From Squalus acanthias (taxonomy: Eukaryota), in the NCBI GenBank assembly GCA_030390025.1, contig CM059432.1:31250001-31314000 (forward strand): DNA of 64,000 nt, written 5' to 3'. The stretch's first letter is position 1. Each line of letters opens with the position of its first letter. Shown piece after piece: positions 23,961-35,790 of this stretch. The notes beneath the pieces were generated by a model. The model saw only the letters and a program-made list of their open reading frames with translations. It did not search any database and was not told the origin of the DNA. Both the position numbers and the translations under genes were made by a program.

Positions 23961-25784
23961 CTACATTTTGCCCTTCGAGGGTGATCTCCTTCCCTTGCGC
24001 ACTTCCCCCCTTCTAACCCTACTGCTCCTCCGTAATGGGACCTCAGTGGCTGCAGCAAGGCTGGTGGAAGGCTGCTGCTCGTCAGACCCTGACACTGCAG
24101 ATGCCCCTGAAGGACGGCCTCGACCACTTCTGGGCCTGGAGGGCCCGGCTGCAGACTGCACCAACTCTGCATGGGCGGCAGCAGTCTGTCCTACAGGCGG
24201 TGGCAAGTGCAGTGGAGAAGTGACAGTGTTGGCAGCAGGAATGCTGTCATCGTGAGAGAGGACAGCAACTCCCTGCTCGCCCGACACACTGGCACTCCCA
24301 CGGGGCAGCACTTCAGCATCCGGAGCAATTTGCCGGAGAACAGATTGCTGGCCTGCTGCGGCGCGGTGACAGCCCCGGGGACATGTGCACGAACCATCGA
24401 GGATGGCAGCAGTCAGTGCTCGCGTAGCCTCAATCTGAGTCTGCATGAGAGCAGTCTCAGATGGGTTCCTGGCAGCCAGTGACTGAATTGCAGCACTAAG
24501 CTTTAGTGTGGCATCCGCCTGTGCTACAGCGAAGTGCTCCACACTCCTTGCCAGTGCCTCAATGCATTCGGGCACCCTTCCCACTGCACCCATGAGCTCA
24601 GTGTGCATGCCCACCGCCTGGCTGTTCATTTCTGCAATCAGCCGCTCCTCCTCTGCGTCCATTGCAGTAGGAGTGTCTGGCATACTCTCCCTCTGGGGAG
24701 AAGGCTCCCGTTCTTCCCTACCCCCCCCCATGGCGTTGCTGCAGCCCGCTGGGTCCTGGAGCTTCACCATCATCAGCCCCTTCCCCCCTGCTCCCCTCCG
24801 GGGAAGGCGTGTTCCCAGTGTGGCCATGGGCTTCCTCGGGAGAGGGTGGCACTGATGCTCCGGCTTCCTCTTCCTCCTCAGCTGCAGCATCACTCCCAGT
24901 GGCAGCTTCAGGGACCATCTCCTCAGCTGGTGAATCACCATCTGAAAGCAGGGAGGTACAAGAGTGGCTTTAGCGTGAGGACAGGGTGGCAGTAAGGGAG
25001 GAATAAGTGCAGCGAGTTAGCAAGTTGGATTGAAAGTGTCAAAGGCTGGTATTGTGAGGGACAAGTGGAAGGACAGAGGACAAAAAGGTGATGACCTTAC
25101 CATTGCTGTCCACAACGGGGTCAGCGTCCCCAGTGGCGACGGGACCGATCACCCGGCTTGCCACAATCCTGTGGACGCGCTCCTCCAGATCGCTGAGGGG
25201 TTGCAGCTGAAGCCGCCCTCCACCCGTCCGTTGCTGCTGTCTCCGATTATGAGCCAGCTTAGCCTGCAAGAAAAAGGACAGCATCTGAGTAAATATACAG
25301 CCATGGTCTTGCCTGATGTGCCTCCCATAGGTGAATAGCCCTTACAATATGCAGCCATGGTCTTGCCTGATGTGCCTCCCATAGGTGAATAGCCCTTACT
25401 GTATGCAAAGTGTGGAATATGTGTTTGTGTTTGATGAAAGGGCCATAGGTGTTGCATGAGTGTTGTGCATTGGGGTTTTAAGACCCTCTGGCCATATAGT
25501 GAGGTTGAGATGGAGGGATGGAGAGGTATTGAGAAAAAGCCACTCACCCTGACGACCCGAGTGAGGTCGTTGAATTTTTTGCGGCACTGAACATGGGTCC
25601 TGGGCACCATGCTCCTGGAGGAGACGCTCTGAGCCACCTCGCTCCACACTCTTCTGAACTCGCGTGGCAAAGGCCTCCTGCCACTCTCCGGGAACAGCAT
25701 GCATCGTCTGCACTCCACTGCGCCAACCAGAGCATCCAAGGCCCGCTCGGTGAAGCGATGAGCGCGTTCTCTCACCCTCTCCAT
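23961..25784 (-). CDS. Harbinger Myb/SANT-like DNA-binding protein, 3 exons (25784-25548, 25263-25101, 24941-23961), one apparent frameshift at 24721-24729
   Basis: Exon 1 reads MERVRERAHRFTERALDALV...RRVWSEVAQSVSSRSMVPRTHVQCRKKFNDLTR. Introns are GTGAGT...TTGCAG and GTAAGG...TTTCAG. Exon 2 reads AKLAHNRRQQQRTGGG. About 459 aa if one G is removed from the G9 run. Confidence 0.85.
25292..25399. repeat. 54-bp tandem duplication in intron 1 of the Myb gene
   Basis: AATAT(A/G)CAGCCATGGTCTTGCCTGATGTGCCTCCCATAGGTGAATAGCCCTTAC occurs twice. Confidence 0.95.
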
Positions 25785-26578
25785 GCTTGGCAGCAAAATG
25801 GATTACAGGTCTCTCCAGGCTGAGATTCAAGGCTGCAATGAGCAGGGTGTGGCTGGGGAGCAAGTGGCCCCCCCCGCTTTAAGAAGTGTCCGGCGCCAGT
25901 TTGTCTGTGTTCCCTCGCTAACTGGCAGCAGCTGCGCTGCGCTCGTGCGCTGAGGTAGTGCCTCACTCCTAGGCCTTTGCGCCTTAAGAGAGGTGTGCAG
26001 CGCCTAATTTAGCGCTCCACTCACCTCCCGGGGCGGTAAAAGTGAAGTTTCCTGTCAGTGCCGATAATTAGCGCCAGGCGCTAATATTTGCGCTCGGATG
26101 ATATTTGCGCCCCAAATGGGGCGCGACCTAATTTCTACCCCTATGTCTCCTGTCTTTCATTTGATGTCAAATTTACAAAGGCATATGTTTCTTTAATTTA
26201 TGTGATTAATTTTGAAGTGTTGGTTTATAACACTTTAACCAGGGTATGGTATTGTCTTTTTTCTCAAGCTACAGACTTTGGGAACCTCTAACCTTCTGCT
26301 TCAATGAGGCTATTGTTTCAGTGTCAACAACTTATCTTATCTCAAAAGTTTGTATTCTGTTTACAGCTTTTCCTTGTTGAGGCTTTCAGACCTTCAAGCC
26401 CAGTTTGTCATGTTTAATAAAGTCAGAATTCTTTCATAGGATGGTGTATTTTTCTGAAATATGGCGTATTCCTTCACAGGCTGACCCCATGGCCAGCAGC
26501 GGGGCTGAAAGAATACAAGATACCGGTATACTCATGCGTTATCCTCCTTCTCACATCCCACTTCCCCCTCATTCCACA

Positions 26579-27445
26579 GGCCGGGATTTTACTAACCTCG
26601 GCGGGTCAACGGCGGGCGACATCGGTGGCGGGTCCCGACCCCATTGCTGTCTCCATCCCGTTGTCCAAAATTAACTTACCTCAATGGGGTTTGTTAAGCA
26701 ATGGAATACTCTCCACTTGCCTGGATGAGTGCAGCTCCAACAACACTCAAGAAGCTCGACTCCATCCAGAACAAGGCAGCCTGCTTGTTGGCACCCCATC
26801 CACCACCTTAAACATTCACTCACTCCACCACCGGCGTACCGTGGTTGTAGTGTGTACCATCTACAAGATGCACTACAGCAACTCGCCAAGGCTTCTTCGG
26901 CAGCTCCTCCCAAACCCTCGACCTCTTCCACCTAGAAGGACAAGGGCAGCAGGCGCATGGGAACAGCACCATATCCAAGTTCCCCTCCAAGTCACACACC
27001 ATCCTGACTTAGAAGCATATCGCCGATCCTTCATCGTCGCTGGGTCAAAATCCTGGAACTCCCTCCCTAACAGCACTGTGGAAGTACCTTCACCACACGG
27101 ACTGCAGCGGTTCAAGAAGGCGGCTCACCACCACCTTATCAAGGGTAATTAGGGATGGGCAATAAATGTTGGCCTTACCAGCGACGCCCACATCCCATAT
27201 ACGAATTTTTAAAAAAGCCCTCCCAGCGCATTTCCCAGCCAATTAGAGGAAGCGGGTCTGATGACATCATTTGATGACGCGTCATCAGCCGGTTTCCTTA
27301 AAGGGACCATGGCCAGCTTTATTTTGACATTTGTGCTGTCAGTGTTCTATAGCATTGAGATGCTGCAAACACTGACACTGACTGCACAAAGGCACAGGGC
27401 TGCACCCAGGCTCTTCCATGACTCCCTCCATATGCTTACGGGAAG
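26579..27445 (+). mobile_element. Fragment of the 7653-9163 transposon family, interrupted by a LINE
   Basis: Starts GGCCGGGATTTT. 27245-27345 is close to the reverse complement of about 8900-9012 (GATGACGCGTCATC motif). Confidence 0.65.
26700..27215 (+). mobile_element. 3' fragment of a second non-LTR retrotransposon family
   Basis: Encodes MEYSPLAWMSAAPTTLKKL-like RT C-terminus. Tail AGGGATGGGCAATAAATG is shared with 30781 and 47664. Confidence 0.75.
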
Positions 27446-27544
27446 GGGTGCCTCAGAAGCAAAAAGGTTGAGAACCCCTGCTATACTCCATACACTTACC
27501 TGCTGCATCAGTGTCTGTGCATGGACCATTATTTAATAGCCTCT

Positions 27545-27785
27545 GAGCATGGGAGTTCTCTTGGTGTCCCGGTCATCTATTATACCTCAACCAACAACTA
27601 AAAATAAACAGATGATCCCGTCATTTATTTCATTGCTGTTTGTGGGACCTTTCTCTGCACAAGTTTTCTGCTGCGTTTCCTAGATTGCAACAGTGACTGC
27701 ATTTCAAAAAAAAGTACTTCATTGGCTGTAAAACACTTTGGGGCACACTGAGGTTGTGAAAGGCGCCATGTAAATGCAAGTTCTT
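27545..27785 (+). mobile_element. Deu-domain SINE 3' fragment
   Basis: Same core as 19140 plus the tail GTGAAAGGCGCCATGTAAATGCAAGTTC. Confidence 0.6.
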
Positions 27786-28073
27786 TTTCTTTGTTTTGTT
27801 CAGGACCCCTGGTCATAGCTGCAAAACACCCTGGCTATCCCCAATTATAGGACCCCTTACAACTACCAGTGATCTGATGGCGAGCATTTCTCTTCTCCCA
27901 GAGGTAACCCCTTGTTCAAGGGGCCATGGTGTTGCTCTTGATTACCCTTCCCCTGTGCTTCTATCCTTAGGTGTTGAGAACATGGACAAGTCCAGACCCA
28001 CAGAGTTTTCAGCACTGGTTGATTCTGTCTCCTCCTGTGGATGGTCAACCACTTTCTCTCCTCTGCTTTATTT

Positions 28074-28837
28074 GGGGCAGAAATTAGGCTCGCCACGGGT
28101 GAGTACACACTATGTACTCACCCGTGGACAGAACGAAAGTGCCGGTTTCTTGCATGCACTGCGCATGCGCAGGAAACCGGCACTTCCGTTCCCCTGAAGG
28201 AAGGGGCTCAGAGGTCGAACGTGCACGCCGGAGAGGCAGCGCGTAGACCTCGCACTTCGTTTTTTTTTTACAGGTTCCTCCGTGAGGGTAAGCACGGAGA
28301 AGATACACTTTGAAAAAGGAGGCGCAAGGCCTTCTTTTAACAAGGTAAGTGGTGATTTTATTCAAATTTAAACATTTTTTTCACAGATTTATCTTTTTTA
28401 ATTACTTTAAAGAAAGGTAAGTTTAGTTTTAGCCCCGTTAAAAAGTGTAATTATTTTTTTCAAAAGTTTAAATTTTTGTTTAAAATAGTTAATTTATGTT
28501 ATTTATAGTTATTTTAAAAATGTGATGTTTTTTTTAATTTATTTGTAGTTTTAGGGAGGTTTTGGGGCTGATTTGTATTCATAGATTTGACAGGGCTTCT
28601 GTCAAATCTATGAATGAAAGATGGTCTGCTGCTATTGGCTCTCCATGGCCCACGTGATCCCAGGGGACGCATCGCACTAACTGCGCCCCTGGGATACGCA
28701 AGCCCTGCGCGCCGGCAGTTGGAGGAGGCCCAGGAGCCGAATTCCCCGCGGGCCCAGAGGTCAACGGCAGGCGCGGTAGGTAGGTGCGCGCACGATCCTT
28801 GCACCCGCGGGAAGCCAGGGAGCCAAATTTCTGGCCC
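28074..28837. mobile_element. Harbinger-type MITE
   Basis: TIRs GGGGCAGAAATT...AATTTCTGGCCC. GC-rich ends, AT-rich centre, no coding capacity. Confidence 0.75.
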
Positions 28838-29909
28838 ATCAACTCTCTTTATCTGTGTGGAATGTGTTTTGCAGAAATCTGTCTCCTCCACATAAGCTGC
28901 AGAGAGTAACCAGTTGGTCTTTGTGCTCAGCATTCTTCTACTCAAGAATCACAACTCTCTGCTACTGCATGTACATACACGTCTATTATATACTTTACAG
29001 TACCAGGATATCCCACATTGTTCATACCGCACATATCACCAGTCTAGCTCCTCATCCTGCAGTTTATGCTACTCTAGACTTAATTAATGAGATACTTCTC
29101 AGTTACCTTCCTGGTCTTGTACATTCAGACCACTCAGTCTCACTATTGAAATCCTGTCCAGTTGAAAATTGTTTCCTTACCTTCTTTCAGTAAAAACTCC
29201 CTCTGTCAGCAACTTTCAGCTCAAGCAGCATCTCGCTAGCACAACCTTATTTGATACCTACAGGAATCTGGTAATTCAATTGAGAATTAACTCTGCTTTC
29301 TTAGCATCTACCTTAATTCACATGTATAATTAGCACAATCCAATTAACTTATTAACTTTGCAGTTAAATTACTTAATTTAAAAAAAACAGCCCAATATGC
29401 ATAATTCTTGGACAGCCTCAGTTACACCATCACACTAGCAACACAGTCACTATCTACAACTCATCTTCTTACCGAAGGATTTTGGACTTTTTGATATGAA
29501 CTTTTTGGTGCCTGCTCTTTTAAGTAAGACTAAGTAAGGCCTATGGAGCGGGAACTGTCAGGGCGATGCTTCCCGGGAACTGTGAGATGGATAAAGAAAT
29601 GAACATGAACCCCTAGATTAGAAGGTGAACACTTGGTAAATTACCATAATTGAAGGGTAACTCAAGTGCAAACAAAACACTCAAAATGAAATTACAGGTA
29701 GACTAATTTGGGATCAATAGCCTATTGAGGAACAGACCATGTATAAGAGCATAACATAAGAACATAAGAAATAGGAGCAGGAGTAGGCCATTTGGCCTTT
29801 CGAGCCTATTCAATAAGATCATGGTTGATCTTCTACCTCATCTCCACTTTCCTGCACTATTCCCATATCCCTTGATTCCCTTATTATTCAAAAATCTATC
29901 GAGTATGTA

Positions 29910-30845
29910 GTGTATGACCTTCCCTCCATCATAAGGTCAGAAATGGGAAAGTTTGCACAGTGTTCAGTACCATTCGCAATTCCCCAGATAACAAAGCAGT
30001 CCATGCCCACATGCAGCAAGACTTGGACAACATTCAGGCTTGGGCTGATAAACGGCAAGTAACATTTGTGCCACACAAGTGCCATGCAATGGACATCTCC
30101 AACAAGAGAAAGTCTAACCACCTCCTCTTGGCATTCAATAGCATTACCATCATCAAATCCCCCACCAGCAACATCCAGGGGGTCACCGTTGACCAGAAAT
30201 TTAACTGGACTAGCCACATAAATACTGTGGTACAAGAGCAGGTCAGAGGCTGGATATTCTGTGGCAAGTGACTCATCTCCTGAAAACCCAAAGCCTTTCC
30301 ACCATTTACAAGGCACAAGTCAGGAGTGTGATGGAATACTCTCAACATACCTGGATGAGTGCAGCTCCAAAAACACTCAAGAAGCTCGGCACCATCCAGG
30401 ACATAGCAGCCCGCTTGATTGGCACCCCATCCACCACCTTAAACATTCACTCCTTCCACCACCAGCACACTGTGTCTGCAGTGTGTACCAGCTACAAGAT
30501 GCACCGCAGCAACTTGCCAAGGCTTCTTCAACAGCACCTCCCAAACCCACGACCTCCACCACCTAGAAGGACAAGGGCAGCAGGCGCATGGGAACACCAC
30601 CATCTCAAAATCCCCTTCCAAGTCGCACACCATCCTGACTTGGAAATATATCGCTGTTCCTTCATCGTCACTGGGTCAAAATCCTGGAACTCCCAACCTA
30701 ACAGCACTATGGGAGTACCTCCACCACATGAACTGCAGCAGTTGAAGAAGGTGACTCACCACCACCTTGTCAATGGCAATTAGGGATGGGAACTAAATGC
30801 TGGTCTTGCCAGTGATGCCCACATCCTGTGAATGAATAAAAAAAT
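29910..30845 (+). mobile_element. 3' fragment of the second non-LTR retrotransposon family (RT C-terminus)
   Basis: ORFs 29960-30271 (MQQDLDNIQAWADK) and 30268-30783 (IYKAQVRSVMEYS). Confidence 0.8.
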
Positions 30846-31361
30846 ACAATGGAGCAAAGCCCTCTGGGTAGTAATCGCTAGCTTGGCCAAAATCAAAGAG
30901 CATGCTGGATCTTGTTATTGCTCAAAGCTGCCTTGAGCTGTCTGTACTTACTGCAGTGAGATATAAACAAGGGAATAGACAAGACAGTTACTCTGCTAGA
31001 CCATGGTAAATGAGAGGAAAATAATGCTATTCTGCACAGCAACAACTTCAGGAGAAAAGATATAAAACATGCAGGCTTGCAGTAATTTGCAGGAGACCAC
31101 ACGGAGTATTCAAGGAAGAATTAACCTCCTCAACTCTCCCAGTAGAAGGATTTGATCACCCATCCTTCTGAGTTATACTCACCAGGGATAAGGTAGTATG
31201 ACATCCATTACCTGGAAAAACTGTTGTGTTTTAATGTCAATAAAATTATTTAGAGAATAAACTATACTAGAGCCAGACTTGGTTGGTTATTGCCTTTTGA
31301 GACCAATAAAAGAGAAAACCCTATATTACCTTCTCTCACAGCTCAACAAGTTTTATCCCTT

Positions 31362-31476
31362 ATATAACAACAGAAAACGCTGGAAAAACTCAGCAGGCCA
31401 GGCAGCATCCGTGGAGAGAGAAAGAGAGTTAACGTTTCAGGTCGATGACCTTTCGTCAGAACTGTTTTATCCCAGA
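31362..31476 (-). mobile_element. Short Penelope-like insertion with a hammerhead
   Basis: 14-bp TSD AAGTTTTATCCCTT (31348-31361 and 31477-31490). Near-identical to the reverse complement of 2731-2829. Confidence 0.8.
31427..31463 (-). ncRNA. Minimal hammerhead ribozyme motif
   Basis: Reverse complement reads AGTT-CTGACGA-A-AGGTC-ATC-GACCT-GAAA-CG-TT-AACT (GUU triplet). Confidence 0.75.
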
Positions 31477-31657
31477 AAGTTTTATCCCTTTCTCCTCTAC
31501 TCTCCTGAAAGCAGAAGTTGTTGCTAGAGTAAGTTTACACAGGTGCCAGCTCCAATATGTCACCTAACTCGTCACGCTGCCACATTTCCCTACAATTCTT
31601 CCTTGGCTCTGAGGTGCTTTGAGCCATCCTGAGGTTCTGAAAGATGTTATATAAATT

Positions 31658-31800
31658 CCTTCCTTCCGTCCTTCCTCTCTCCCTCCCTCCCTCCATCCAA
31701 CCCTCCCTCCCTTCCTTCCTCCCTCCCTTCTTTCCTTTCTTCCTCCCTCCCTCCCTCCATCCATCCATCCCTCCCTCCCTCCCTTCCTCCCTCCCTTCCT
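31658..31800. repeat. (CCCT/CCTT)n polypyrimidine microsatellite
   Basis: Visible directly in the sequence. Confidence 0.95.
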
Positions 31801-32189
31801 GTCCATTTTAACCTCTAATAACATTTTCTATATTAAAGGCACTTTAGTAGTTTTTAATTTACCTTGTGCATTCTCATCTATTCCTTTTAATCTCGGGGGT
31901 ATCTTGAACTATAGGACTTGACTTAGTGTTTGAATAAGAAAGTCTCCTAGTTCTGATGCATGCATGAATCGGCTTGAGTTCACCTTAGCAGTAAAAGCTT
32001 TTATAGTGATGGCTGAGTCTGGAAAAAATCTGAGCACATCAGCAGAAAATTAATTTGCTTCACAATAATTCAGTAACAAAAATTAGTTTAAGTTAGTAAC
32101 TAATTTAAAAGCAAATACCATTAACTTTTTTATTACATTTTATGTATTTAGGGCTCATTAAGATTTTAGTGTTATACAACTATAACAAA

Positions 32190-32472
32190 CGCAACAGCAA
32201 CAACTTGCATTTATATAGGGCCTTTAATGTAGTAAAACATCACAAGGAGCTTCACAGGACAACAATCAGAAAAACATTGACACTGAGCCAAAGAAGGAGA
32301 CATTAGGACAGGTGACTAAAAGCTTGGTTAAAGTGGTAGGTTTTAAAGAGCGTTATAAAAGAGGAGAGAGACAGAAGGTTTAAGAAGGGAATTCCAGAGC
32401 TTAGGGCCTAGACGGCTGAAGGCACAGCCACCAACGGTGGGGCAAAGAAGTGAAGGATGCACAGGAGGCCAG
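32190..32472 (-). mobile_element. L2 LINE 3' fragment
   Basis: Similar to 63455-63755. Confidence 0.7.
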
Positions 32473-33984
32473 ACTAACATTAACTAATGGGTTCATGGGT
32501 TAGATGCAGAATCCAATCCACTCTGCTCCAATAATGTGGCACCCAAGAGCACTGCCTACTGTTTCATGTGACAATTTTCCATTCACCATCAAAACTGCAA
32601 ATAATGGAGATCTAAAATAAAATGAAGACTAACCACTTGCTCGGATGGATGACAACACTCAAGAAGGTCTACACGACCCAGGACAAAGCAGTTTGCTTGA
32701 TCGGTGCCCCTGTCATCAGGCTCAATACCCCCTATCTGCAGCGTCCTGTGGCTACAGTATGTACAATCTACAGATGCAATTCACCAACTCAGCAAGGTTT
32801 CTTTGACAACACCTCCTTCCCCTGCGACCTCTAACACCGAGGAGGAAAAGGGCACCAATGATGTGGGGAAACCATCACCTCCAAGTTTCACTTCAAGTAA
32901 GGATGGTGTTTGACTTGGATAGTCAAATCTAACACCATCCTGACTTGAAGGTGCAATGTCATTGGGTCAATATCCTGGAATTCCCTACCTTACACTATCG
33001 TGGAATATCATCTTCACAAGGATTGCAGCAGCTCAAGGAGAAGGTCCACCACCACCTTCTCAGAGCCACTAAGGAGAGGCAATAAATGCAACCTTGCCAG
33101 TGTCACCCACATCCTGAGAACAAAAGACAACAGAAAATGCCAGGAAACATAGCAGGCCAGTCAGCATCTGTAGAGGAAAATGTAAACGCCTGAAAAAATC
33201 TGAAAATGGAAAAGTAGTAGAATTGGGAACAAAGGCGGGTGGTGGCCGGGTAAACAGATACTCCAACCGTATAGAGGAAGTTAATGGGTTGAATGACCTG
33301 CAAACTGCTTAAAAGGAAAGCTGGAAACTATACAGTGATCTAAAAGATCATCTTAGTGAGGCAAGGAAAACCCTTGACTTTGTGCGATTGTGTAAAACAG
33401 GTGATAATGAGTTGACAGCCCATTTTATATCTTTCCTGATTTTTATTTTCATTCAAGTCAATGAAAATAAAATTTGGGGGAAATGGAAAACGGGCTGTCG
33501 CCTCACTACTACCCGTCTTACACAAATGCACAAAATCAAGATCTACCCAATTAAAAGAATGAAAGAAGATGTACATAGCTAAGGGAAAAGGTGAAAAAAT
33601 GGGGGAAATTGAGAGAAAAGAATGGAACCACTTTTTGCAGTGTGCCTTTTAATTCATCCAGTTTCTAACGTTTGGTAGCTAAACACTAAAGGATTGAAAT
33701 GTGTGTCATGGCAAGATTTGGTTTGCACAGTGGGCAGCCTGTGTGAGCGCACAACCAGCAGCCAAGAAACCTTCAGTGCTGCTGCAGCTACTTAAAGAGC
33801 TGCAACAACCATTTAAAGAGTCACATTTGAGCTGAGCAGGAAGCTTAAGTGACTGAAAGTGAAAGACTGCAGTGAAATGGAAGGTGCACTTCCAGATATT
33901 CTGATGAAAACCGTGGGGTAGAAATAGAAAATGAGTGCTACGCAGCCAAATTTATAGGCCCATTTCTGGATGCTCCATGATTAT

Positions 33985-35790
33985 CATAGGATCATAGAAA
34001 TTTATGGGCACAGAAGGAGGCCATATGACCCATCAGTCAGAATTTTCCCATAAAAAAACGGGTAGGTTTGAGGTGTGCTATCCAGCCTAATCCCACTTTC
34101 CAGCTCTTGGTCCGTAGCCTTGTAGGTTACAGCACTTCAAATGCATATCCAAGTACTTTTTAAATGTGATGAGCATTTCTGCCTCTACCACCCTTTCAGG
34201 CAGTGAGCTCCAGACCCCCACCACCCTCTGGCTGAAAAATGTTCTCCTCAACTTGCCTCTAATCTTTCTACCAATTACTTTAAATCTATGCCCCCTGGTT
34301 ATTGACCTCTCTGCTAAGGAAAATAGGTCCTTCCTATCCACTCTATCTAGGCCCCTCATAATGTTATACACCTCAATCAAGTCTACCCTCAGCCTCCTCT
34401 GTTCCAAAGAAAACAACCCCAGCCTATCCAATCTTTCCTCATAGTTAAAATTCTCCAGTCATAAATCTCCTCTGTACCTTTTTGAGTGAAATTCCATCTT
34501 TCCTCTAATGTGGTGACCAGAACTGTACACAGTACTCTAGCTGTGGCCTAATTAGTGTTTTATACAGTTCAAGCATAACCTCCCTGCTCTTATATTCTAT
34601 GCCTCGGTTAATAAAGGAAAGTATCCTGTATGCCTTCTTAACCACCTTATCTACCTGTCCAGCTACATTCAGGAATCTGTGGACATGCACTCCAAGGTCT
34701 CTCTGTTCCTCTACACTTCTCAGTGTCCTACCATTTATTGTGTAATCCCTTGCCTTGTTAGCCCTCCCCAAATGCATTACCTCACACTTCTCCGGATTGA
34801 ATTCCATTTGTCACTTTTCTGCCCATCTGACCAGTCCATTGATATCTACAGCTTTCTTCCTCACTATCAACCACACGGCCAATTTTTGTATTGTCTGCAA
34901 ACTTCCTAATCATGTCCCCTACATTGAAGTCTAAATCATTGATGTATACCACAAAAAGCAAGGGATCTAGTACTGAGACCTGTGGAACCCCACTGGAAAC
35001 AACTTTCCAGTCACAAAAACATCCGTCGACCATTACCCTTTGCTTCCTGCCACTGAGCCAATTTTGGATCCAAATTGCCACTTTCCCTTGGATCCCATGG
35101 GCTTTAACTTTTCTGACCTTGTCAAGAGCCTTGCTAAAATCCATGTAGACTACATCAAATGTACTACCCTCATCAAACCTCCTTGTTACCTCCTCATAAA
35201 ATTCAATCAAGTTAGTCAGATATGACCTTCCCTTAACAAATCCATGCTGACTGCCTTTGATTAATCCGTGCCTTTCTGAATGACGATTAATACTGTCCCT
35301 CGGAATTTTTTCCAACAATTTGCCCACCTGACCTGTAATTACTCGGTCTATTCCTTTCTCCCTTTTTAAACAATGGTACAACATTAGCAGTCCTCCAGTC
35401 CTCTGGCACCACACCTGTAGCCAGAGAGGAATGAAAAATAATGGTCAGAGCCTCTGTTATTTCCTCCCTTGCTTCTCTGAACAGCCTGGGATACATTTCA
35501 TCCGTGCCTGGCGATTTATCTACTTTCAAAGATGCTAAACCCCTTAATACTTCCTTTCTCACTATGTTTATCTCATCTAATATTTCACTCGCCTCCTCCT
35601 TAACTACAATGTCTGCATCGTCCCCTCTTTTGTGAAGACAGATGCAAAGTATTCATTAAGAACCATACCCACGTCTTCCGTCTCCACACACAAGCTTCCT
35701 TTTTGGTCTCTAATAGGCCCTACTCTTTCTTTACCTATTCTCTTGCTCTTTATATATTTATAAAACATCTTTGGCTTTTCCATGATTATA
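33985..35790 (-). mobile_element. CR1 LINE RT and 3' UTR fragment
   Basis: ORFs 34087-34431, 34505-34807, 34782-35414 and 35287-35562 carry CR1 RT motifs. Confidence 0.9.

Larger units (their letters stand above)
21994..26141. mobile_element. Full-length PIF/Harbinger DNA transposon (4148 bp)
   Basis: Imperfect TIRs GGGGGAAAAATT and GGGGTAGAAATT (reverse complement). 3-bp TSD TAT at 21991-21993 and 26142-26144. Two convergent genes: DDE transposase and Myb/SANT protein. Confidence 0.93.
20907..26478 (-). mobile_element. Solo LTR (about 1.42 kb net) split by the Harbinger insertion
   Basis: TGAAAGGA...TCCTTCACA ends. 4-bp TSD GGCT at 20903-20906 and 26479-26482. Minus-strand TATAAATATA near 21556-21564 and AATAAA at 21254-21259. 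Confidence 0.8.

Noticed and set aside
23961..24941. Stand-alone 326-aa gene starting at ATG 24941
   Set aside because: The ATG immediately follows a splice acceptor (TTTCAG), and exon 2 phase puts the first 220 nt in another frame. It is exon 3 of the Myb gene.
31535..31824. G/R/E/K-rich ORFs
   Set aside because: Translation of a (CCCT/CCTT)n microsatellite.
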